A model generated the notes under the pieces. That model did no database searches and had not been told where the DNA came from. It saw only the letters and a list, made by a program, of their open reading frames with translations. Of a stretch of DNA of 64,000 nucleotides, positions 12,401 through 24,400 are shown one piece after another; the stretch's first letter is position 1; each line of letters opens with the position of its first letter. Source of the stretch: Carcharhinus amblyrhynchos (Eukaryota); contig OZ336884.1 in the NCBI GenBank assembly GCA_965287045.1, forward strand, positions 21,576,001-21,640,000. Direction: 5' to 3'. The translations under genes were made by a program, and so were the position numbers.

Positions 12401-15400
12401 TGGGCGAAATAGTTTTGTCTCATCTTTGACGTTTAACAAAGAACAATACAGCACAGAAACAGGCCCTTCGGCCCATGATATTGTGCCGAACATGACACCA
12501 AATTAAACTAATCCTTTCTGCCTGCCTTTGGTCCCTACCAGTCTATCCCTTGTCTATTCATGTGCTTATCTAACAGGCCTTTAAATGCTCCTATCATATC
12601 TGCCTCCACCACCAGCCTTGGCAACACGTTCCATGTCCTACCATTCTTCCTTGCACGAGAGGGAAGGATATCTGCTGCCCTTACCTAGTCTGGCTTACAT
12701 GTGACTCCAGAGTCACAGTGATGTGGTTGACTCTCAACTCTCCTCAGGCACCTAGGGATGGGCAATAAACGCTGGCCCAGCCAGTGATGCCCGTGTCTCA
12801 CGAATGAATAAAACAAAAATGAGGCAGATGGAGAAAAGGAGGGGGGGATAAAATCTTTATTCTAGAAATCACCTCTGCTGGTGAATAAAAGGGAGGATAT
12901 TCATCCAAAAATTCAAATGGCATTTGTAAATTGATCTTCCCTCTTGTGGATAAATATCATAACTCTGGCTCTTCTGTTGTGACACAGCCTTGTAACGCGG
13001 TCATTTTTATCTGAAGTACATTGAGGTGACCTTGAACTAAATTCAGAACTTGGTTCTTTCAAATATTAAACATCGTGGATTCCCGAATGTCCGCCTTGAA
13101 ATATTTCATGTATTTTAAATCACAGGAATGTTTCAATTCTCCCTATGGAACAAAGTATTTCCCAGAGTATGCGGAAAAAATTCCGGGGGAGTCGACCCAA
13201 GTGCTTTCTGATGTAGCAAAGGAGTACGCCGTGCATCTTATCGGAGGTAAATACGGGCTCACTGTTGGAAAGTTTAATGCGGGGCTGCATGAAAAATCAC
13301 TTGAATTGCTGCATCCCATTGTATGAAGTAACCTCTTGTTCAATCATTGCTGACTAGAACTTGGAAGCTACTATTTACACACTAAAGTGAAGGGAATCAA
13401 TGGGCAGTCAATATTCCATCCCCCCTATCCCCAATCAGGTGCATTAGGTTAAAATTATCTTATGATATTTATTAATGGTACAAAGAGAGAAATAGTCACG
13501 ATAAAAGTTATATTCAGCTGGTAAATTCTAAACACGCAAATGAGCACTATTGTTAGGATCATGTGTACTATAAAGCTGCTTTTGCTCCAGTTGTGTTTGT
13601 GACACATTCATAAAAATATTATGCATTTTTGACTATACTCCACATAGCTCAAATATTACAGAAATACATGTTACATTTTCCTATGGGTCATCATGTTGAG
13701 TTGCTCGAGTTGGTGGTAACCTCACCACTCAAGTCAAGGCCCACTCTTTGATTTGAGCACATAATGCAGTTGGCGCTCTTTTTTTCCACTGCAGTTCTGA
13801 GTGAGGCTGTGTTTGGTGGTGTCATCTCTCGGGTAAGACACTGGGCAGAATTTAATAGTCGGGGAGGTGGGCCCATTCAGTGGCTGGAAATCATTGGCCC
13901 AATCCTGCCTGAGCCATTTCTGGAAGTTCTGACGATAAGGCCAGTCAGGTAATCTGTGGCCTGTTGTCAGGGCTCACTTCTTCCTGCAGGGGGAGCTTTC
14001 CATCTCCAAGAGCTGCTGGCCAGAGGTAGGCAACCCTTCTGTACCAACAGCCTACTGCTGGTGCTACAGTAGGCCCCAGGAGGAGGAATGTCACTGGGGC
14101 CTCAGAACCTATTTTGCGACAGACTCACCGGAGAAAGCGCTGGCGAGGAGTGGAAGTGGATTAGTGTAAACGGCAAGGAATTATTCCACAAGGATAGCAC
14201 TTGCTGCTGGCAGATCCTTCCAGTCGGCGTAGGACTCCTCCTTCTCCTCATCCAAATCCTCTCTTTCCCTCCCCCAAGACCATCCTCAACCTTTTCCACC
14301 CCAAACTTAAAGCTCTCAACTCAAGCCTTCCCATCCCGTTATACGACCTTGCCTGCATCCTACCCACTCCTGATGGACTGTAATGCTCCACTCGTTAGAC
14401 CGAGTCTGGCATCTCAGGTGGACATGCTGAAAAGGAGCAGAAAGTCTTCCCAGTACCCAGCATTACATTCATTCTTTCCCTTGCTGGCTGCAGGACATTC
14501 TCTGACATAATAACAGTCACCGCACTGGACGCAATATGCTTTGCAATGTCTTGAGGATGTCGGTATCTTACATACTTATTTTCTTTCTTGTTCACGTTTT
14601 TAACCAGTGATGACGTTTTTAGTTGTTTTATAATTAAAGCAGCGGAAGATATCGGGAAACTTATCATTTTAATATGTACTTATAGAATTGTTTGATAGAT
14701 TTGAAGCACTGTGGTCTTTGGCAGTGGCCAAATCTAAGCGGTTGCTTGTGTTCTTGCAGGCTCAATTCCAGAAGAAGATGGTGGGAAGTTCTACAACACA
14801 TGTACAGTGTTCGCACCAAATGGATCGATGTTGCACAAGTTCAGAAAGGTCCAAAATCTTTACTATTGGGCAATGACTGGGTGGTGCAGTGCGTTAAAGA
14901 ACTTCTTCACTTAGTTAGTGGTAACCTCACCACTCAAGTCAAGGCCCACTCTTTGATTTGAGCACATAATGCAGTTGGCGCTCTTTTTCCACTGCAGTTC
15001 TGAGTGAGGCTGTGTTTGGTGGTATCATCTCTTGGATAAGACACTGGGCAGAATTTAATAATCGGGGAGGTGGGCCCATTCAGTGGCTGGAAATCATTGG
15101 CTCAATCCTGCCTGAGGCCAGGGCTTGCTATAGAGGGAGTACCGCGAAGGTTTACCAAGCTGATTTCTGGGATGGCAGGTGTGCCATATGAGGAGAGACG
15201 AAGTTGGTTAGGATTATGTTCACTTGTGTTTAAAAGAGTTAGAGGGGATCTCATAGAAACTTATAAAATTCTTACAGTATTAGACAGGGTAGATTCAGAA
15301 AGAATGTTCCCGATGGTGGGGGAATCCAAGAATTAAGGGTCATAGCTTAAGGATAAGGGGTAAACCTTTTAGGACTGAGGTGAGGAGAAATTCCTTCACC

Positions 15401-18400
15401 CAGAAGGTGGTGAATGTGTGGAGTTCATTACCACAGAATGTAGTTGAGGCCAAAACGTGTGATTTCAAAAAGAAATTAGATATAGTTCTTGGGGCTAAAG
15501 GGATCAAGGGAAATGAGGGAAGGTGAGGTCAGGATACTGACCTCATGATCAAGATGAAGGACGGAGCAGGCTTGAAGGGCCAAATGGCCTACTCCTGCTT
15601 CTAGTTTCTATGAAGTTCTCCTGTCTCAAGTCCCAAAATGAAACATTGCTGAAGACTTTCCAGCTAGTTTGGATGAGTTGCCACGTTGAAGCACAAAAAC
15701 TGCTCCTAATTCTACAGAGTTGGCAGAGTGTAAGAAATAGGACATTCGTTGTTGAATAACATAATTTTTCTCTCTTTAAATAATTCCTAATTTGTGCTTC
15801 ATTTAGTCTTGAAACTTGCTCCCAGTGAACTCTCAGGGTATATGAGTGGATCACACAGTTATGACTCCTTCCTTCAATATCCCTTGTGCTTACAGGAAGA
15901 TGCCACTGAACTAAGCTGTGCGTGTCCACTCAGTAAGGCTGACATTACGAGTCTGCCATTGTGTACCTGCACTCATCTTCACTTTGGTTCTGTCACTGTC
16001 ATCACATCACTTTGAGAGATCCATATTTTATGAAGCAAGGGTGATTTCCTAAAATGATCAGGCCACATTGTTGCAAATGATGTGAGATCTCTTTTATTCT
16101 GCATCTGCCTCGTTGGTACAGATGAGTGATTCAAAGTATCTTCCATTTTAACTCTCCTCGCTTCTAATAAGGACAGTTTGCATGTTCTCCCTGTGTCTGC
16201 CTGTGTTTCTTCTGGGTGCTCCGGTCCCTCCCATAGTCCAAACATGTTAGGTTAGGTGGATTGGCCATGTCAAACTGCTCCTTAGTGCTTATGGGCTGGC
16301 ACAATGGCACTGCTGCCTCACAGAGCCAGGGACCCGGGTTCAATTCCTGCTTTGGGTCACTGTGTGGAGTTTCCACATTCTCTCCGTGTCTGCGTAGGTT
16401 TCCTCCAGGTCCTCTGGTCCCTCCCACAGCTCAAAGATGTTAGGTTAGGTGGAATGACCATGCTAAATTGCCCCTTAGTGTCTAAAGGTGTGTAGGATAG
16501 GGGGATTAGTGGGGTAAATTGGGCCTGGGTAAGATACTCTGTTGAAGAGTCAGTGCAGATTCACTGGCCTCCTTCTGTGCTGTTGGGGTTCTGTGATTCT
16601 ATGACAACAGCTAAAAAGTTGTTAGAATGCAGCAAAAATGTTCAAGTTGGCATAGTTGATATTTTATGGTTTATAAATACGTGCAGGCATGAAAGATACT
16701 CTTTGGGCAGTTTCTCATTTTACAGACAGATACACAAGGCATTCATAGACTTTTCCCTCCCTAACAGCATGGTGGGTGTGCCTACACCACAGGGACTGCA
16801 GTGGTTCAAGAGTGGAGCTCACCACCGACCTTCTCGGGTGCAACTAGGGATGGGCAATGAACGTGGGCCTAGCCAGCGACACCCACGTCCCATAAAATGA
16901 ATGTTAAAAAATGAATTCTGCTTAAACTCAAATTGGTATTTTTCGTAAATAAATAGGTTGAGTTACAGCGCACATCTGCAGGAACTCCCTAAACCAGATC
17001 CAAGTGGTGGCAGTTCCTTGTGTTCGCTGGCCTGTCCCATTGCTTGAATCTAGAATATAGGCAGCTACAGTCTGCGTTTGTACCTCTTTCAAAGCAGCAA
17101 AGAGCTAGTATAACTTGTGACCTGACTCTGCACCGATAAGAATAACCTCTTCGGCAAACAGTACTAACTGTCCTTGTTCAGACCGAGACGGAAAAGTTCA
17201 CTCACCTCAGTGCCAATGTTTTCTTTCCCAGTAACCCTGGTCTAACGAGGTTAGAAATTAAAACACAGCTTAAATAGCAAACGGTCATTGTGATGGTCGT
17301 TCTCAATTTACTACATCTATCAAGTTCAGTTCCAGAATTTATGATGAGATTTGAGTTCAGTGTTTTGGGACGAAAAACATTCCTATTGACATCGTATTCA
17401 CTCATTTTTATCATTTTAAATTCTTATTTTTATTTTCTCGCCTCTAAAATCTTGCTTCCCTTTTTTTTCCAACCCCCACCCCACCCAGGACAACTGCATA
17501 TTCCTCAGGTTGTCCTTTGACACTCTGCACCCTTGTTCTGCCATTTACACCTTCCAATCTCTTAATGGACGCTCTTAGCATCATTCTCAGCCTTTATCAT
17601 TACCACTTGGGTGGCACAGTGCTCAGCACTCCTACCTCACAGCACCAGGGACCCGGGTTCACTGTCTGCACAGAGTTGGCACGTTCTCCTCATGTCTGCG
17701 TGGGTTTCCTCTGGGTGCTCTGGGTTCCTCCCACAGTCCAAAGATGTGCAGGTTAGGTAGATTGGCCTTGCTAAATTGCCCCTTAGTGCCAGGGGGATTA
17801 TCTAGGGTAAGTGATGGGGCTGTGGGGATAGAGCCTGGGTGGGATAGTGACCGAATGGCCTCCTTCTGCACTGTAGAATTCTATGATTTACATTCCCTCT
17901 GTCTTTTTGTCTATGCCATTCCTGTCAGTTACAGACCCAAACCCCCTCTCTTCACCCCCCCACCACCCTCATTGTATAAATCTTGTCCAATTTTCCTTGT
18001 CTCGGCTTTGACAAAGGATAATCCTGACTCGAAACACTGGCTCTGTTCTCTCTCCACCGATGCTGTTCGACCTGCTGAGATTTTCCAGCATTTTGTTTTC
18101 CTTCCTATTCCCTCATTTGCGCTAATATGAGGCAGATGTTTGTTGGCTGGTCCAGCATCATACCCACTCTACTGCCTGCTTAAAGTGAGAGTTGTGTTCT
18201 GTTATTTATTTGACACATTTGAACGCAGTTGGACAGAGTGGATAGTACATTCAGTATACAAATGCATAGTGGTTATTGTATTGCCATTACTTGTTTAAAG
18301 AATATCCAAGTTCACCATATTCTGCACCCTAGAAATCAGGTTGCGATTACTCGTAACTCAGGGTCCAATTTTCCATGCCATTTTTGATTGGGAGTTGTGA

Positions 18401-21400
18401 AGCAAGTTCAGAATCATCTGTCTTCTACTCATGCCTACGTTAGTGTCTCAGTTTCAAAAAAGCTGCATTGCAAATGGTCATTACGTTTATGGGTGGCATG
18501 GTGGCACAGTGGTTAGCACTGCTCCCTCATGGCGCTAGGGATTTGCATTCGATTCTGGTCTCAGGTATCTGTATGGAGTTTGCACATTCTCCTTGTGTTT
18601 GCGTGGGCTTCCTCTGGGTGCTCTGCTTTCCTCCCACACTCCAAAGATGTGCGGGTTAGCTTGATTGGTCATGCTAAAGTGCACCTTAGTGTCAATATGT
18701 GCACTAGTTACAGGAATAGGGCCTGGGTTGGATTGTTTTCGCTGCAGGCTCAATGGGCCAAATGACCTCCATCTGCACAATAGCGACTCTATGATACTAT
18801 TTTCTTCCCATAAGCTTTAGTTCGAACCTGGCATTTGTGGCAGTGCTGTGAACTTGATACTTTAACTATGTTATGTAACAAGGCTAGAATTGCTTTGTAT
18901 TGGTACATCCAGACCTCTGTAAATAAACCTTGAAAAACAGTTTAATGCAACAACTGCAAGCATGCATTTGCCTGGATGGTGACCATGGACTGTGTAAATA
19001 ATTGTGTTTTGTTGTTGCGCCAAACTGTCTGGATCTTTTATTACTTTTGTTTTAACAATGTTATAGCTAATAAGTAATATTCACTAATTTGCTCCTATTT
19101 TGGTGATTAGTTTTCTTCCCTCCCATTTTCTTCTGATGTAAAAAGTCAGGTTTGGTTTTAAGTATCAGCAATAAAAACTGATTGATCATTAGTTAACAAT
19201 CAGGAATACTTGGCATCCGTTTCCAAATCCAAATTGCAGAATTAAGAGAGACTTACGTTGTGTCATTCAGTGTTGGCACAGCATCATAAACATCCACGTT
19301 CGTTGTCAAAATCTATTTGATGCTTCTTCCTGCTGAAGCTGTTTTTGAGACAGAGGCATATATAAACAACGTGTGCAACAAGTCAAAAAACATTTAGTGA
19401 GTTCTGGTTTTGGGGGAATTTGCTTGGAGATTTTAGAAACATGGAAGATAAGGGCAGGAGGCCATTTGGACCTTCAAATCTGCTCTGCCAATTATTACGA
19501 TCATCCAACTAAATAGCCTAATCTTGCTTTTTCTCCCATAACCCCTCATCCCATTCACTCCAAAGTGCTATAGCCAGCCGTCTCTTGAATATATTCAATG
19601 TTCTGGCATCAACTACTTCCTGTGGTAATGAATTCCACAGGCTCACTGCTCTTTGGATGAAGAATTGTCTCCTCACCTCTGTCCTAAATGGTTTACCCTG
19701 AATCCTCAGACCGTGACCCCTGATTCTGGACTCTCCCACCATCGGGAACGTCCTTCCTGAATCTACCCTGTCTAGTCACATTAGAATTTTATCAATCTCT
19801 ATGACATCCCCCTTATTTGTCCGAACTCCAGCGAAAATAATCCTAACCTATTCACTGTCTCCTCATACTTCAGTCCCGCCATCCCCGGAATCAGCCTGGT
19901 AAACCTTCGCTGCACTCCCTCACAAGCAAGAACATCCTCCCTCAGAAAAGGAAACCAAAACTGCAAACAATACTCTAGGTGTGACCTCGCCAAGACCCTG
20001 TATAAATGCAACAACACGTCCCTGCTCCTGTACTTGAAGCCTCTCGCAGTGAAGGCCAACATGCCATTTGCCTTTTTTTACTGCCTGCTGCACCTGCATG
20101 CTTACCTTCAGTGACTGGTGTACAGGGACACCCTTTATCTTGCATTGTTTTAAAACTTACCTTTGAACAATAATAAAATAACTCAGGATGTTTCCATTGA
20201 AGTGGAACAGGACCAAGCTCAGTGTATATAGAACCATGTTAGAAGTCTGCCAGGTAATTTGGCAGCTTAGATCAAAGAAGGGGCGGCACGGAGGTACAGG
20301 GGTTAGCACTGCTTCCTCACAGCTCCAGGGACTCGGCTTGGGTCACTGTCTGTGTGGAGTTTGCACAAATCTCTCCGTGTCTGCGTGGGTTTCCTCCAGT
20401 GCTCCGCTTTCCTCTCAGATTCCAAAGATGTGCAGATTTGGTGCATTGGCCACGTTAAATTCTTCCTCAGTGTACCCAAACAGGCGCCAGAGTGTGGCGG
20501 CTAGGGGATTTTCACAGTAACTTCATTGCAGTGTGAACATAAGCCTACTTGTCTCTAATAAATGAACTTTACTTTAGAAGCTGCACTTTGTTTTAAGTCA
20601 TAGACATGGAAGTTTTGAAACCAATAATAAACAAACAGTTCAATTAAGACAGGATATCATTGTTTGAACTGATAGTGGGAGTGGGGAGCACCTGAAGTCA
20701 AAGCTTGGCAGTGTGGAGGTATGGTGGCACAGTGGTTAGCTCTGCTGCCTCACAGCCCCATGGACCCGGGTTCCATTCCAGCCTTGGGTCACAGTCTATG
20801 TGAAGTTTGCACCTTCTCTCCATGGGTTTCCTCCCAAAGTCCAAAGCTGTGCAGGTTAGGTGGATTGTCCATCTGAAATTGACCCTGAGTGTCCCAGAAT
20901 GTGTAGGTGAGGGGTTTAGCAGGATGAATGTGTTGGGTTACTGAAATAGGGCTTGGGTAAGATGCTCTGTCTGAGAGGCGGTGCAGACTCAGTGGGCTGA
21001 ATGGCCTCCTTCTGCACTGTGGAGATTCTGTGATTAACTTTTAGATGAATGCTTGGATTTGAAAGCAGCAACAACTGTTTGCTTGCTGACTGCCCTCGTT
21101 TACAGTTAAAACTTTCCCACTTCTGCTGATGACTGATTTGTAGACCCATATTTTGGATCATGCTTACCCAGAATCTGAATGACAGAGATGCCAGTGTGGA
21201 ACTGCCTTTGCCGGTCTTGAGTTTTGCCAGTGCTCACGCAGTATGAGGAATGATGCACAATTTGGCCAACAGCAGTAAAATTTTAAAAAATATATAGCAA
21301 GGCAAGTGTTTGTCCACAGGCACATGTCACTGAATGAAACAGAGTAGATTGATCATTTCGAACATCAAAATATCTTCAGAAATTTGTTAATCGCTAAAAA

Positions 21401-24400
21401 TTATCCTTTTTCCTGAAGGCCCACGTTTACAGATACACGATAGAAAGCATTCTTTCTGGTTGTATCACAACTTGTAGCTCCTGCTCTGCTGAAGACCACA
21501 AGAAACAACAAAAGGTTGTGAACGTAGCCCAATCCATCACACAAACCAGCCTCCCATCCATTGATTCTGTCTACACTTCCCTGCTGTCTCGGCAAAACAG
21601 CCAGCGTAATCAAGGACCCCACGCACCCTGGACATTCTCTCCTCCACCTTTTTCCATTAGGAAAAAGATACCAAATTCCGAGGTCATATACCAACCGACT
21701 CAAAAACAGCTTCTTCCATGTTGCCGTCAGGCTTTTGAATGGACCTACCTCGTATTAAGTTGATCTTTCTCTACACCCTAACTATGACTGTAACACTACA
21801 TTCTGCACGCTCTTGTTTCCTTCTCTATGAAGGGTATGTTTTGTCTGTATAGCGTGCAAGAAACAATACTTTTCACTATATACTAATACATATGACAATA
21901 ATAAATCAAATCACTAACTGCCCATGTTGTGTATTTGAATCAGATTCACCTGTTTGATATTGACGTACCTGGGAAAATCTGTTTCCGGGAATCTGAGACA
22001 CTCTCTCCTGGCAACAAACTATGTACCTTTGATACCCGTGAGTAAAAACAGCAAGACCTTTGAATATATGATTCCATGCAAGGGCTGGAATTACACAAGT
22101 CTGTCCTATTTAAATTCGGAACAGTGTCACCTATAATGCCGTTGCTTGGTGTGAGACGCAATTTAATATCTATTATTTTTCACATGGAGATTTTTGATTA
22201 GATTGTTGGGTGAAGCTCTCAAGTACAAGCCAACCTTCTGTTAAAAAGAGAAATTGGCTGGTGAGCAAATCATAGGTCCTGCAATCTCGTTATTGAGGGG
22301 ATTGGCAGATACCAAATTGTTAGTCTATTGTCCACTTTGTTTTTCAAGAAATCATCAAGGCATATGGACGGTTTAAAGTAATTCTTCTAAAAACAGAGAT
22401 GTGAACATGATCAATTAAACATTTCAATTGAGTTTTCAGTTTAAGCTTTAATTTATCTATCTATATCCAATTAGCTGTGACTGTCAAGTGTGAACACTTC
22501 CTAATTCATGTTAATTGGGTAGCAGTGGCACTGTGGTTAGCACTGCTGTCTCATGCCAGGGACTCGGATTTGATTCCTGGCTTGGGTCACTGTCTGTGCG
22601 GAGTCTACACATTCTCCCCTTATCTCTGTGGCTTTCCTCCAGTTTCCTCCACAGTCTGAAAGTGCTGGTAAGATACATAGGCTATGGTAAATTCTTCCCC
22701 ACTGTACCCGAACAAGCACTGGAGTGTGGCGACTAGGGGATTTTCACGGTGACTTCATTGCAGTGTTAATGTAAACCTATTTGTGACATCAATAAATAAT
22801 AAACACTAATAATTCCCATTGCAGTCAATGGCTTGTGATTCTTGCTGAATGTCAGTGATTTCTTTGATCTCTGCCATCCAAAAGCTGGCATTCCACTGGG
22901 GATAAGATACTATCCAAGGACAGGATTCCAGATGTGCTCAGGAACTTCATAAAACAGAGTATCATGGTTCACATAAAACCATTCTCTGCATAAAAACATC
23001 TGGCGTCAGTACTCAGTTACTAGATATGTGATAATGGCTGGACATTATTTTCCTACTGGTTTATTTCCCTCTTTTACACCTACTTCCCTTCATTGAAGTA
23101 GTCAGACTGCATTTTAAAACTTCCCTAATAGGTTTGAAAGAGACTCAGAACTTGCTGTGTGGACAATTGTAAATATGAACTTATGCTAATATATATTTAC
23201 ACATGGGGTGTTCATAAAGTCCTTTTACAGCTGTAACTTTGGATGTGAATGATTGAAGTGAACTGTATATGAATCACAATTTAGAGTCTTTTAATACCAG
23301 TACTGCTAATGTTTTTCGATTCCAATGCTGAAAATGATTGAAATGGTGACAGGAGAGAAAAAGGTAAATTGTGTGTTAGGCTTGGCAGAATTGAAGTTCA
23401 TGACAATATTAAACAATATGAATTGAGCTGTTATGCCTTTTACAACCACACACACTAAAATAATGCTTGATCATGCCTTCATCAATTTTTTCTTTATCTT
23501 ACTTTGCAGCCTACTGCAAGATTGGGATTGGAATTTGTTATGATTTGAGGTTCTCAGAACTTGCTCAAATCTACACCAAAAGAGGCAAGTAAAATAGAAA
23601 TTATGTTGTGCAGTGTAAAGCTATTATGTGTCCAAATGTTGACTTCCTCCTTGCAGTTCAATGATTTATGGTCAAACATGTTGTCTTTTAGGCAAGATGT
23701 TAAATTGAAGCTTTGTTTGATCTCACATACCGATCCTGTGGTGAGGTCTCAGTTATCAGGACAGATAGTTGGAGGATTGCCCCCCCCGAGACAGTATTTG
23801 CTCTTTTATCTAGAGCTATGGGTGAATGCCAGCAATTTGTCCTGTGCTTTGAGCTTGGTATCAAAAGGGCGCTAAGCTGAAATGGTGAATAAAGCCCCTG
23901 TAGTTGTTTCTCGATCACTGGTGCTGATGTAAGTGGTGATCCTCTTCCCCTCTTTTGGTAGCTGCCAACTATTTAGCGACTATCTTGTATTAAAATTATT
24001 ACGGGTCAGCTGTTATAAAACTACATTTAAAAAAAAATCTACTCTGCAGGCTGCCAACTTCTAGTTTATCCTGGAGCATTCAACATGACAACAGGCCCAG
24101 CACATTGGGAACTCTTACAAAGAGCAAGGTGAGTGGCAACAAATATCTGTGTGGATCGCAAGAGGGAATAGAGATGGTCATTTTATTTTTTAAGCAAGGA
24201 TTAAAATAATAGTAAATCTTAAGAAGTGATGAGTTATAAACCTTTAAAACTTATTTAATGGTACAAAACAACCAGTCTAACAAGATTTCCAGTGTGCAAT
24301 TATATGTACTTAATACGGTGATCATGTTGTTCAAAGTAATCCCCATTTTTAATGAGAATGGTGGAGTTACTTACTGTTCCCATGTTAGATTCACAATCAA

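Noticed and set aside
14088-14510. 140-aa + strand ORF in NIT2 intron 3
   Set aside because: No recognisable family and no splice support. It is probably repeat-derived, though this is not confirmed.
18000-18045. Possible hammerhead ribozyme in Penelope-like repeats (also about 9115 and 63178)
   Set aside because: The core is degenerate (TTGACAA instead of CTGANGA) or lacks a properly placed GAAA, so no intact ribozyme can be supported.
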